Source: Oikopleura dioica
Taxonomy: Eukaryota; Animalia; Chordata
Length of the DNA: 64,000 nt
Assembly: GCA_907165135.1 (NCBI GenBank)
Contig: OU015567.1
Span: 13,826,001 to 13,890,000 of the forward strand
Direction: 5' to 3'
Of this stretch, positions 1-14,992 are shown one piece after another; positions within the stretch are counted from its first letter, which is position 1; every line of letters begins with the position of its first letter. Below the pieces are notes generated by a model. It worked only from the letters and a program-made list of their open reading frames with translations, searched no databases and was not told the origin of the DNA. A program made the translations under genes and the position numbers.

Positions 1-93
1 CTTCGATTCTAACCCCGCTGAAAATACTAAAACCTTATTATTTCGCCAGAGAAATGCGTCCGTAAACTTGCCCTTCCATCCACCTAATCCGCC

Positions 94-1034
94 ATGAATC
101 CAGTTCAGCTCAAGCCCAAAACCATTATCTATTTTTTGACCATTTTCCTGACGGGCCTTGCTTTGCTTCATGAAATTTTGAAGCAAACGGGAATTGAAAA
201 GATAAAAGAACTCTACCTCAAGAAGATTTCCGCTTCGATACATACTGTAGGGCTGTTGGAGAAAGATCCAGAGTATGGACTTTACATTTCTGGTGATTTT
301 GCGAAGCTTCAAGAGGTAAACAGGGGGTTTGAATTGTTGTTAATTGTTAATTAGAGTCAAGTTTATTTCTTGGATGCACAAGTCAAGGGCCAGGGCGATC
401 GACCGATAATTTTGCTTTTTAACTCAATGCAGTACTCATCCAACATGTGGTTAAAACTCGGCGTAATTCACGAGCTCGCGAAAAATGGTAAATTAATGTT
501 AACACGCCAGATAATTGTTTAACGATTGAAAAAAAAGGATACCGCTCGATCTCAATCGATCTTCCTGGATATGGCGGTTCCGACAAAGTTCCCATCATCG
601 ACGACGATGCGCGACGAATCAGACTTATGGAGCAAATCGTCAAGTTTTTTCAACTTGATGAGTTTGTCGCCGTGACGCCTGGATACTCGGGCGAATATTT
701 TCTGCCTTTTATATTCGAATCTCATGCAGCAGAGAACGCGCTAGGCTGGGTTCCCATATCTCCAGGTTTGAGACTCCGTTTTCAGTGTTTTTTTTATTAC
801 TTTGGCCTTTTAGACGGAGTCAAGAGGTTTTCTCTTGATGAGATTTCGCTGCTTCCCCTTCCAACGCTAATCCTTTTCGGCGAGTACGATTCCGCGGGCG
901 AGCAAGACGCGCGCACCCTCGCCAAAATGCCAAACTCGTCAAAAAAGATCTTCTACTCATCCGGCAAACACTGCTTCGTCGACGACCCACAATACTTTAT
1001 TTCTTCATTGCTGAACTTTATGCAGACTGTGTAA
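94..1034 (+). CDS. ABHD14-like alpha/beta hydrolase (multi-exon)
   Basis: Hydrophobic N-terminus; spliced exons give LGVIHELAKNGYRSISIDLPGYGGS and LPTLILFGEYD...GKHCFVDDP, which match ABHD14A/B motifs; short introns at ~317-354, ~488-537 and ~767-812. Confidence 0.75.
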
Positions 1035-1067
1035 TTTATATAATTTAATACAAAAAGTGCAAAAGAA

Positions 1068-1141
1068 TGGCCAGTACGGGGATCGAACCCGCGACATTCG
1101 CGTTATTAGCACGACGCTCTAACCAACTGAGCTAACCGGCC
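1068..1141 (-). tRNA. tRNA-Ile (anticodon AAT)
   Basis: Reverse complement GGCCGGTTAGCTCAGTTGGTTAGAGCGTCGTGCTAATAACGCGAATGTCGCGGGTTCGATCCCCGTACTGGCCA forms a cloverleaf with A and B boxes; T-runs follow downstream. Confidence 0.97.
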
Positions 1142-1416
1142 CTGATGAAGCAGACAAATCTAATTAATTAAATATCGACCTTGGATCAAAACACCGATTA
1201 TTTTCGCTCGAATCCCTAGGAGCGCCACCACTACGAATACCAAGCATTTCGATTGGCTGTGCTCGAAAATTGTCGCCAAATATGGCGACATTTTTATAAA
1301 GACTTCAAGGTAGGCTCAGAGGTAGGTTTGTCATTTTGTGTGGTATATCTACAGCTAGTATTTATTCTACGTAAACTTTGAAGAAAGAACTTGAAAAAAG
1401 CGCAGCAAAATTAATT

Positions 1417-4400
1417 TTATTCATCCTTGTTTTTCTTTCTCAGCCTTGTTTGAAGCTTGAGTACGCTTGCTCTCAATCGCTCGAGTTTTTCGTTCATCTG
1501 TCGCATCACTTCTTTTGGCTCCTCGTTTTCATCCTCCTTGGTTTCAATTATGAGCAGTTTGAAGGTGGACTGAGTCTGTTACCTTTTCTTTGGCAGTAGC
1601 AACTTCGACTTTTTCGAAGTCAATCAGGTTGTTGATCAAGGAATCAATCGTGTTGTGCTTTAGCGAGTTGATGGAGTTCTTCGCGTCTGAGTCTTTTCCT
1701 GTCGGAGGATATACTTTCAGCTAAAGAAAGAGAGCGCTAGAAATAATTGGTACGCTCAAGAATCTCACCGGAAATTGCCTCAAATTTACAGCGTGATCGC
1801 CAGGTATACGAGGCCAGCAAACAATCGTCGTTCGCCTGCTCTTCTTTTCGCCAAACGAGAAACGAATGTACTTGATCAACAATAAGACATGGTAGACGAG
1901 AATTAGTGGCGTTGGGATCGGGTCCTTTCCCCAGTAGTCCATGACGAGATCAAATCTGTTGAGTTTCCAGATCTTGTCCGAGTCTTCTTGGACCTGCTCG
2001 TACGTAGTCGCAAACAGAGCTACCAGAAGATTGATAAGCATCACATTCGCAGCCATCATATAAACGCCAAGAAAGAAAGAATTCACAAAATATCGTTCTG
2101 AAAAGATTTGCGAGAAATTGAAACCAAGGCGATAAAATCTTCCAAACCTGGACATCTGCTGAATTTTTCGCGTAAAAGAGTAAGAGTGTCTTTTGATGAA
2201 CAATTCCTTGAGGAATAACTGCAGTTTCTTTCTCCGTCTTTCCGTCTTCTGCTAAAATTCGACTCAGTTAATACTAACACCAATAATCGCCAAAGATTAC
2301 TTTCTGTCTGAACCGAGATATAGTCGACATCATCGTCGTGGAAATATTCTAGCAAAAGCATTTCCGATGTCAAATCTTTTCGCACCACAGATTTGTCATC
2401 GGGGTACTCGGGAAAGTAAAGGGTTTTGAAGTTTTGGAGCTTTTGATTCTTGTTCTTGGATCCTTCGGCTGGAATGTTGCTCATGAAATTGGGATTTGTG
2501 TAGTTGAAGCGTCGTTTGTCTGTTTTGCGGTTGGGAAACAATAAAATTGACAAATAGCCCTATGATCATTATTAACCGTTCTCGAAAGAGTAAACGATCA
2601 TCGCCGCTAGTACAACTGGCTGTTTTTTGCTTGAAGTACAAGGATCGATTTTCTCATCAACAGAACAACTTGGCAGCAGATCATTGAATGTTAGCTTCAC
2701 TCCCTTTGTTACGCGTCTATGAAAGACATCCAGTTTCCACTCCGCTAAACTCATTTTTAGCAATATTTTTCAAAGGTAACATACTTTCGCCCAATCGATC
2801 TGAAACGGGGATTTCTTCATTTTCGAATTTGTAAACATCCTGTGTTGGAAAAATGTGAAGGCCTTCCACGGGTGTATTTATGTGATTGCCGATTGCTTTG
2901 TACAATTCCATCGCTGCTTTTTGGCTGTCACTGGGGTCTTTATTCGCTGGGTCATTTTCAGCATTCAGAATATCTTCCTCCATAAATGGGCTTTATTGGC
3001 GAATATAAATTGGCTAGACAAAAAATTTTCGAAAAAAAATCAAAATTTCAATGATTTTAATTTCATTTTCGTCTTTTCCTGAAAACAAAGTACTCGTAAT
3101 TCTCCATGTCAGTACCTTCGAAGTCTTGAAACATATAATCAAAGTCACCACTTTGGTCAGAATCTCGTTTGCTTTCAGTTGGTAGCAAAGGCCTAAATTT
3201 TGCGATTTCATCCTTCGAGATGCGCAAGACGCGAACTTTGCTGAAGCAATCACCGAAAATCGCCGTCAGTGAGACAGGAGGTAACTCTGTAGCGTTTGCT
3301 TCGTTGCTCTTCAAATACGAGTCAATCAAAAGCTTGCTCGGTTAAATTTACCTCTAAGAAGGAACACTCAATGGTTCCAGAAGAAGTAGTATTTGTGCTA
3401 GAGCCTTCTCCGAAATTGCAATCGTAATTTGTCAAATAAAAAGCAGTAATCTGAGTCATGTGCTCAGGAGAACATTCGTTCCATAATTTGATGTCGCGTT
3501 CCCATTCGTGTGTAAAGTTTTTCATTATCGGAGTAACTCGGACAAAGTCGAAGCCCGAATACAGATCGTTTTCAGTTTCGATGGACCGAATGTCTTCTGC
3601 CTCCACGCATCCGTCGAGCTCGCTGTTGAACTCGTAGTTGGTATATTCTGTGAGAAACAGGTCTCCGTAGAGATTGAGGATTGGCTTGAAGAAGATGCCC
3701 TCCATACAATCAGCAAGTCTCACTTCGTTCGGATACAGTAAAGCTGTAGTAATGACACCATACGGGACAAGGAAAACTGCAAGAATAAAAATAAACATCA
3801 TCAAATCGCGCATCATTCTTCCAATAGAGATCGCCAAGGGACCCAAAAGCTTGTGAATATCATAAAAGTGAAGAACAGCCATGCACATGATTAGGTAAGT
3901 GATGCCGTAGAAGATCTGCGCCCACTTCAAGAATTTCGGGTTTTCGAATGAAGAGTTCTCGAGGATATGAAGTGGGCAATAATTAAGTGATGCCGGATGG
4001 TCTTCCATGCCGTTGATGTATTCAAAGGGGTAGATTCCGTAGTTGTCTTCGACGAATTTTTTTGCTTCCGGAGACATTTCTGTGTAAAGCGGATTGTTGG
4101 CATTCGAAAAGAAGGAAGAGATGACGGAAAATTTGTATTTATCTTGAAAGTCCTCCCAGCTCGACGTATTGTAAAGGTTGATTTTTTTATTCGGGAGATT
4201 TTCAAAGGACTTCATGTTGATCAAATAAATATCCTCGTAGGAAACGATTGAGCTTGCCCTGAGAATAATGCCAGCCAAGAATGTAGCGATCGCAAGGAAG
4301 TATAAAATATTCCAAGTGTCATGGTACATGAGTCGTATCTTTTCGCTCTTTGTCTTGTCCGCTATTGCTATAAACTTCCTAATTCGTTCGAGTTGAATAC

Positions 4401-5803
4401 TGACCATCCAAATCATAAGGAGGTATTCGAAGAAAGTAATTCGGATGCAAAATTTTAGCAGAATAACGTAAGCAAAGAGGCCAAGAAAGGCGAGGTAGGA
4501 AACGACTTCAATGATGAAACAATAGAGCGGTGACGTGCAGAAGTTGGAAATCACCATCAATTTGCTTTCATAAAGTCTGTCAATTTAATTGGCAATTAGA
4601 CTTCCGCGATAAGTCTAGGTCGTATCATTTACGATTAATGAGATATTTATTGCTTTCAGACTTTGCCTTGGGTTGTCTTCTTCATTTGTGGACATTCCCA
4701 AGCTCTTGACTTGCTTGCCGCCCCAGAAGAAGCCCGACTTCATATAGGAAATCCTGTCAATGTACGGGTCTTTTGAGGGCTTCATGAAAAATGGCACTAA
4801 CAACGGGCAGACTGAACACATAGCAAGGCGAAAATTCGTGGTTGGTTCAAGTCCACCAGTCCAAATTTTGTCAAGCAAGTCTTGAACAGCGTCTGTTGAC
4901 ATGAAGTTACCTAGACGAGCTTGTTCTGCCAGCTGAAGAGCTGTCCTCTTTCCCCAGTGTCGATTCTCGATTCTGATCAAAAGAAGACACTGATCGTAGT
5001 CCATCTCGTAGCATGAAGTTATCAGCTCAACAGTGTACTCCTCAATTTTTTCCTGCTGCTCTTTGTACGAGCTCTGCAGTTCTGATAAAGTGATGTACTT
5101 TTCGGTGACCAAGCGGCAGTTGTGAATGAGAAATGCAATGCCAAGTTCAACCCCAAGAACTGTTCCTAGATTTTCTCCTGCATCTTCTTCAGAACACCTG
5201 GCGTCTTTTGAAACGCTCTCTTGCTCCTTCACGTGATCTCGGATTGTATCTACAAGCTCCCATCGGTTAAAAAGGCAGCTCCACATCGCCAGCTCGCGCA
5301 CGACAAATGCTCTGCCGCATTTTTCTTCAGGAGGATCTTCCTCTTCTCTTTCTTCGTTCTCTCCTTCTCGAAAGGCCTTTTCCTCAGCTTTCCAGTTTTC
5401 GGGAAGGATCCATTCCATGTCCATAATCGGCTTGTCAGGAGCTCTAACCCATTCTTGACGTCTGGTCTCAAAAAAGGAATTGTCCGAAAGAAGCTTTTCA
5501 TCGAAAATGTTTAACAATTCGACAAAAATAGAAAGATTTGGTGTATTTGGCGCAGCTTGCGGTGGAGCTAAAATGAATTATTGAAGAAGGTATTTCAGTT
5601 ATTTGAGCTAGTCAGCGGAATTAATATTCTAAATTACCTTCAACATCTTTTTTGACTTTCTTTTGGCGATTATTTTGTCTTATGGCATCATCTATTTTAT
5701 CATTGAGTAATTTCTCGAACAATGTTCTCTGGTAATTAAAAGTATAGAGCTCGAATAGTAACCTCGGTGTTACTTTTTTTGGATTCTCTAGTAGGTCCTC
5801 CAT
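1417..5803 (-). CDS. TRPM-like transient receptor potential channel (multi-exon; 5' end uncertain, may extend to ~6050)
   Basis: MHR4-like WGKRTALQLA..QDLLDKIWTG; S1-S5 in ORF 3322-4560 including LGPLAISIGRMMRDL; S6 and TRP helix NVMLINLLVALFATTYEQVQEDSDKIWKLNRFDLVMDY; C-terminal coiled-coil exon ending at TAA 1417. Confidence 0.85.
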
Positions 5804-6272
5804 TTCGTATTCGAAAAAAACAAGGGGAGAGAGGAATGAGACCTTTTCTCGATCTGTGAGATTAAATGGGAAAGGTTGTCTGCAATCGTAAAATTTAGTT
5901 AACGCTTCGGAAAAGTCGTAAATTGCTTTTGCGTTGTTTGTGGCAGTATCTTCAAGAAAAGAGTGTTCTGATAGTAAGAAACAAGTTCTTATTCAAAATA
6001 AATTATCTTTTATGATAACCAGCGTAACCTCTATCCACCCGCCATGTTTATAGCACGATATAAATCTCCATAATCCAGCACTACTTTCAAACCTTTCTCA
6101 GCTTAGCTATAACTCCAACTACACATCAAACCGCAAGAACTACAAAAAAAGAGACAATAGGGAAAATTAATTATATAACCCCCTTTATTGAACTAAAAGA
6201 ACAAGAAAGAACTAGCAGAACAGTAAAGAGGGAACAGAATTAAAAAGGTTTGAAAGGGAGGGGTGAGAGTGT

Positions 6273-8238
<1,966 letters not shown>

Positions 8239-8936
8239 GTTGTTACTTCTTTCTTAGCTTGTAAAGCAATTCAGAATGAAGTGTTTTTCACTTTTCCGGC
8301 GCTTTTATACTCCGCGGCGAAAAATCGTTTCTAGAATTTCGCGTTCGAGAGATTTTTGCAAAACTCGAAGCTGAATTTTTCAAACTTCCAAGGCGCGGCA
8401 AAGGACGAAGATGACGAATTTCTTCGAGATTTTTAGCGAATCGGAAAGAGCAAAACGCGGACTATCGGATGGTAGCTAAATAAGACGAATTTGATGAATG
8501 GGTTGTGTTTTATGGACGAAAAAGCCCCAATTTCTCCGGAATTTCGATCATCAGCCGAGGTTGTTGTTGAGATTTGTTTTCATTTCTTGGCTCTAGAATT
8601 CTAGAGATTTCCGGAGAAAATCAACATTTTCGCGCGACTTTTGACTAAATTTGCCCACTTTTTCGTCGAAAATCGCCATTTGCGAGAAATCTCACCGTTA
8701 AAAATTTTTGTGAAAGAGTTTAATGCAAAGAGTTGACTACCGGCAAGGTTTGGCCAAAAAATTTTTCAAATCTATCGGTTGAATTTTTTTCTAGAGCTCT
8801 TTTTGTACTCTTATTTCCGTTTTTGATGAACAATTGTCGATTGGTTCTTTTTCTTTCATGTTTATTCACCTTCATGATGAAATACTCTCTTATTATTTAT
8901 TTATTGATGTATTTTTGAGCTTTTTTTAATCGAAGT

Positions 8937-10345
8937 TTATGCTGATTGTTGAGTCATGGAGACTTGTTGGAAGGTTTGTTGTTGTTGAATCGTTGGAACT
9001 AACGAAGTTCCATTGGGAAAGCTGTTTTCTGCTGGTGGACATTTTGTCAGGGTTGATTCTTGACCGATGATTTGTCCTGGAAGATATTGAGGACCAGGGG
9101 GAGAAGCCTTCTTATGACATGCGTAGATTGAAAGACCCACTAAAAATGTCAACTGAGTGGCCACTATAAGATACCCTACATAGAACAGTTCCGGTTCCAA
9201 CACAGGTAAGCGGCAGAATCCACCAAAATGGATGTTCATCAGAACTGACTCCAGAATAAGATGGCTCATCAGTGTTGACTATGTTGCCATTGTCGATCGG
9301 AGTAACTGGCACAACAGGTTTCGTCGTCTTTTTTCGGTCGTACTTGCTGCCGATGGAGTCATTGATGGTGGTGGTGGTGCGGATCGAGAGGTTGTTGTCT
9401 TTTTCTCGGTTGTACTTTCTGCCGCTGGAGTCGTCGATGGTGGTGGTGGTACGGGTCGAGAAGTTGTCGTCTTTTTGTCGCTGGTAGTTGATTCCGGTGA
9501 AGTCGTTGATGGTGGTGCAGGTCGAGAGGTTGTCGTCAAAGAATCAGTTGATTCTGGAAGTCCATTCTGTGGTCGAGACGTGGTTCCCTGTCCATTAAGA
9601 GGATCTACAGTAGTATCAATGGTGGTGATTCCGTCGATGTCGATATTTTCGGTCACGACGGGAGTTTCGATTGTGTCGTTGGGAATACACATTCCACCCA
9701 TCGGCGGTCTTGAAAATGTTTTTTTTTTCTGAGTTTTATTTTTATATTAAAGTTCATGTAAGAGGGTAAGTATTCGGCTTGACACAATTTTAGGAGTTAA
9801 GAAGATTTGGAGTAAGCTAAACGGAGCAATTTTATTTTCCGGAAATACTCCAAATCGGAGCAAAATTTCAAAGTCGATTTTAATGGTGTTAAGGGCCTCC
9901 CGGCCCTGTCAAACCCCGGCAAAAACGCGCCTCGGGGCCCGGGCTTTCTTTTGAGCTATTCAGATACCCTTAAATATTTCTGCATCACCCTTAAAATCGG
10001 CTTTGAAATTTTGCTCCGATTTGGAGTATTTCCGGAAAATAAAGTTGCTCCTTTTAGCTTACTCCAAATCTTCTCAACTCCTGAAATTGACCATAGGCTA
10101 AGTATTCTATAGATCAATTTAGTCATGAATCAAAGAAGATTTGAGAATAACTTACCTTCCTCCTCTTGGACATTTGACACCATCGACTGCAGTCATATCC
10201 GGTCTAAAAATGAGTTTCATTATTGAAAGAAAAAAGTAGTCCTACGGTAGGACTCCTACCTAGCTCCTCTATCAAGTGCACGTTTACCAGCGAATGTATC
10301 GTCAGCGAACACAACTGCTCCAAAAATCAAATTTGAAATTTTCAT
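8937..10345 (-). CDS. Type I membrane protein with mucin-like Thr/Ser/Pro repeats
   Basis: Signal-like MKISNLIFGAVVFA; three KKTTTSRP(V/A)PPPPSTTP-type repeats; TM segment FWWILPLTCVGTGTVL/LVGLSIYAC; Gln-rich tail. There is a 1-nt frameshift in an A6 run at 9329-9334. Confidence 0.65.
9776..10098. mobile_element. Mutator/MULE-like foldback MITE, copy 1 (323 bp)
   Basis: ~110-bp terminal inverted repeats; 9-bp TSD TAAGTATTC at 9767-9775 and 10099-10107; lies in an intron of the mucin-like gene. Confidence 0.9.
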
Positions 10346-10718
10346 TTTTCTCTTTTTTTTCTTATTTTTAGTTATTCTCAGGGGGACTCGTGTTTTAAAT
10401 AGTTGCTGATTAGGAACCTTGATGTATTTGACCCTAATTTGCTAATCAGACTTTTTTATAATATCAACTGCAAGGAGGAAGCAATAAAATATTACCGGTA
10501 ATACCGCACTTTGAGAATCAAAATCTTAGTTGCCCTCTTAGTTGCTCTTTTTATTGCCGTGTTCATCATCAATAAGATACTGAATTGTTAAAACATGCTG
10601 TCAACTCTGTTTAATTTATTCAAATAATATATTTTTCTACATGCAGCATGTAAGATGCGTGTACATGTATATAGTTAAATTGATGATGATCGATTCAGCA
10701 GGGAAACAAGAAAATCAA

Positions 10719-11041
10719 GGCTATGGTCAATTTTAGGAGTTAAGAAGATTTGGAGTAAGCTAAAAGGAGCAACTTTATTTTCCGGAGATACTCCAAATTG
10801 GAGCAAAATTTCAACGCCGATTTTAAGGGTGTTAAGGGCCTCCCGGCCCTGTCAAACCCCGGCAAAAACGCGCCTCGGGGCCCGGGCTTTCTTTTGAGCT
10901 ATTCAGATACCCTTAAATATTTCTGCAACACCCTTAAAATCGGCTTTGAAATTTGGCTCCGATTTGGAGTATCTCCGGAAAATAAAGTTGCTCCTTTTAG
11001 CTTACTCCAAATCTTCTTAACTCCAAAAATTGTGTCGAGCC
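10719..11041. mobile_element. Mutator/MULE-like foldback MITE, copy 2 (323 bp)
   Basis: Near-identical to copy 1; GGC...GCC termini; 9-bp TSD GAAAATCAA at 10710-10718 and 11042-11050. Confidence 0.9.
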
Positions 11042-11046
11042 GAAAA

Positions 11047-11849
11047 TCAAACTGCTTCTTCTTTAGTTTCGTCTTCTTGAGCGTCAGTTGGCTCCTGAAG
11101 AGTATCCTTTTCGACGAAGTTTTCCTCAATCCATTTGGCGTCGTTTTTGTTCCAGGCGCAGCAGGTCTAAAATCATCGAAATATCGCTTCACAAAAGAAG
11201 CAATACCTGCATGATCAATGTAACGAGAACTAGAAAGAAAAGGGCGATATTGAAAATAAAATTGATGACTCTAAAAGGGTCGACATATCCAATGGATCCG
11301 GCAATTATTGCAAGTAAATCGAGTCCAATATTTCCAAGAAGAGCGAAAATGAACACGAGGGACTAATTTAGTAGTTAAAGTATCCCTCAACAATATTTTC
11401 AATCAAAACCGTCATGCTGAACAGCGCCTTTTTCACTGCCATATCCGGGCCTTCCTGGTTTTGAGAAGTGTAAATGCTCGTTCCGAATCCAGCAGCGATC
11501 ATTCCAATGACGACACCACCAGTGTTGTACAACAAAAAAGACTTCTTAGTGGTGCCAAGCAGGCCAAGACCATCGACCGCGAGAATTCCCTCAATGATGG
11601 TCAAAAGAAGGAGAACTAAATATGTTTTCATCAAACTCAGATAGAAGATTAACCTGAAAGAAGAACCCATTGAGAAATAATAATCCCTCGAAAGTGAGGA
11701 ACTGTTATCTCGCCGACACAGCCCCAAACAGCTGGGAAAAATTTCTTAAAGAATTTATTGATGTTTCTTCTTTCTATTCTCTCAAATTTTAGAACTATTA
11801 GTACCTTTTTAGCGGTCTTCAATTTATCGACAACATCATTGAAAATCAT
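11047..11849 (-). CDS. Uncharacterised multi-pass membrane protein
   Basis: Several hydrophobic segments across short exons; acidic tail WIEENFVEKDTLQEPTDAQEDETKEEAV*, whose TGA overlaps the TSD of MITE copy 2. Confidence 0.5.
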
Positions 11850-12217
11850 TTTTCTTTTTGAAAATTTCAGATTGAACGAAGTATGATTTGCTTGTGCTCT
11901 TTTTCATTTCCGGTCTCTGAGAGAGTTCATCATCAGTGGCTCTGCATTTAAAATTCAGTGGTTTCTCGTTAGAAAAGTCCCTATTATAAAAATGTGATAA
12001 TGCAACGGCTTCGATAAAGCCCGCTGGAAATAAAAACGATGTCGGAGTTTTTTCTGTTCTTATTGCAAGAATTCTGAATCAACAGTGTTGCCTAACATAG
12101 GAAAATCATCAGAAAGAAATCATTAAAAAAAGGATGATTTTGTTAAAATTGTTTCTAGAACGCGGAAATGTTTTCGATGAAGTTTTCAATCCGGTCAGAA
12201 GTTAGAAAAGGAGCGCC

Positions 12218-14992
12218 ATGGTCACGAAAAATCTCCGAAATGCGAAGTTCGAAGAAAAGAAAAAGTCAACTCGCAGGCGGAGTATTATGAGCAGCGATTA
12301 CTCCGGCAACGTTCCGACCAACTTATCCGAATCTTACTCTGGGCAATCGGTAAGTCGCAAAATCAATTTTTAGATGTAAAATGATAAGAGGGTTATATAA
12401 AGAGCTGGATGCAAAGAAATCATATTCTTAATACCTTTTTAGTTGGATTTGGAATGCAAACGGAGTAACGCGAATATCAAGCCGATCATCGACCATGGCA
12501 AAAATCTGACCCCAAAGGACCTCTACACTGGCAAAGCGCACACAAAGCACGGCGCAGTAAAACTGACCGACCTCGACCACGCCAAAGATAACGACTTCAA
12601 AAGTATGACTTCGGTCTTCAACGGGCCCAACTCTCGTATCTCTGCCAATAGCATCGGCGGCGGGAGCAGCATCTTCGGAAGATCGCTGCTCGACAGTAGT
12701 ATGCGCCGTATGTCTGTAACAAATAAAAGGTAAGCCTTCATTCCCCCCTCTTCTGTCCACAACCCTTTTTTAGTCTTATGTCCTTGGGATCTCCATCAAC
12801 GCTAATTTCCAACGCCAGTTTGCTGTCTTCCTTCCATTCCGATAATCTCACGCCGACGAATTCCCAGCACTCAAATCTCAGCAGTTTACAATCTTCAACC
12901 ATCAGCTTACTAAACAAGAAAGAAACTCCTAAATTGTCCGAAGAGGAGCTCAAAAAGGTAAATTCTCGATGAAAATCATTGTCCTTTTAAACTTTTAGAA
13001 TATCGAATACAACTTGACGGAAACAGACACAGAAATCATTTTCAAAGTAATCGGCACTGCTGTTGAAGAAAACGAGAACCTGGAGCAGGTGAAAGAGCAA
13101 AACGATAGATACGACAAAATCCTGAAAGAAGCTGGGCCGGGTAACGAAAAGTACGTGGCACGGGCGATGCTGACGTTTAACAATGCGCTCAAGCACAAAG
13201 AAGCTGAGACAGATAAAATTGACAGGATCGACACGGCAAATCAAGTTTCCAACTCAGCAATATGGGACGCATTTGTAAGTAAAACACTTGCTTTCCCAAT
13301 AAATTTTTGTTTCAGAATTCACAAACAGAAGAAGATGACTTTTTCAAAGAAGAAGAGCCGGAGCTGGTTCCTCAAGCACAAGTCCCAGCGGATCAGGCAA
13401 CATCGAATACATCGTCGACTACTTCTGAGAGCTCGGGAAGCTTCAACCTCTCATCAACAGGAAATCTCGTTCAGCGCCGACCAAAGATTGTCGATAAACA
13501 CGATATCAAGATACGACATGACGGTAAGCCCAGTTTTCGAAAAAAATTCTAATATTTTTCTAGCAATTTTGAACTCGCCAAATCTCTTCTCAAAATTACT
13601 GCTGATGGAGCGCGTAATCTCGCAGAACATCCACCAGAGCCAGCTAAGCCGCTACCGTTCGCTAGTGCCCCTCGATCAGAACGGCAACCGAACGTACGAT
13701 GAGTCGGATATGACTGACTTTGATCACGGGCTGATCAGGCTGTGGTCATTTAAGGATGCGCAATTGAAGGGCTTCAACGTCAATTCCATCGCCTTCAACA
13801 GGGTCAATCCGGATATTGTCGCTGTTGGTTATGGTCACAGCCAGAGAGCAAAGGTAAGTTTTATTTTTGACAAAGATTGTTGAATAATATTCTTTATTTA
13901 GGGAGCATCAAAGAGTCCTGGTCTCGTGTGCGTCTGGTCGATGAGAAACTTGCAATACCCAGAGCGCATCTTCCACCTTCAAGATAGCGTCACGGCCGTT
14001 GATTTCAGCTCTGCAAGTCCGAATCTGCTCGCTGTCGGTCTTGCCAACGGAACCATTCTGATTTACAATATTACAAGGAACAAGGATGAGCCAATTGTCG
14101 ACTCGGTTGATAGTGAATCTAAACATTTAGGTAAGATTTATTTTTGACTTTTTTCTGAATGATTTTTAAAGGCGTCGTTTGGTCGTTGAAATGGACCGAA
14201 AGAGAGCGCGGAACCGAGGAGAAAAAAGAAGTGTTGATTTCGACCTCGTCCGACGGAACAGTAGTTCAGTGGACGATCCGCAAGGGCTTCGAGAGTATCA
14301 TTCTCATCAAAGTCAAGCGCACCTCCTCGAATAAGAAGCTCAAAAAGGATCGCAAAACGGAGAATGCTGTCATCTCGCAGCTCTCACCGGCTACCTCTTT
14401 CAACTTCCATCCAACTGACGGCAACACGTAAGTTCCATTTTCTTTATATTTTCCTTAAATTTCACTGTTCAGCTATCTTGTCGGTACGGAAGAAGGTCTG
14501 ATCCACCGATGCAGCTGCAGCTACAACGAGCAAACGCTGGACAGCTACACTGGCCACCGGGGCCAAGTCTACGGCGTCCAGTGGCATCCGACGATTCCGA
14601 ATATTTTCATCTCCTGTTCCGAAGATTGGTCGATCCGACTCTGGCACCAGCGTCGCTACGACGAGCCGATCACCTCGATCCAATGCTCTCAAAAGCCCAT
14701 CCGCGCAGTTCAGTGGTCTCCTTATTCGCCCAACATCGCAGCGAGCATTTCCGCCGACGCAATCGACATCTGGGACTTGAGCATTTCGACGTTGGATCCA
14801 ATCTTCTCGCTGCCCGTCGCATCCGGCCTCTTCCTCACCTGCATTGCTTTCAGCCCGACTTCGAACTCCATCCTCGTTGGCGATTCGGAAGGAAGCGTGG
14901 CAATTTATCAACTCAAGGGATTCAAAAACGCGCCGGAACAAGATCTCATCGATTTCATCCAAAGCGTTGTTGGAAACAAAATTATGTACTAA
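12218..14992 (+). CDS. DNAI4: Dynein axonemal intermediate chain 4 (WDR78), WD40 protein
   Basis: LLMERVISQN; VNPDIVAVGYG; CVWSMRNLQYPERIF; VTAVDFSSASPNLLAVG; YLVGTEEGLIHRCSCSYNEQ match WDR78/IC138-type intermediate chains. Confidence 0.88.

Noticed and set aside
9776-11041. A single composite transposon spanning both MITE copies
   Set aside because: Each copy has its own distinct 9-bp TSD, and the outer flanks do not share one.
10798-11214. ORFs running through MITE copy 2, and exonisation of the MITE
   Set aside because: The more natural host frame stops at 11047 within the TSD, so the MITE lies in the 3' UTR.
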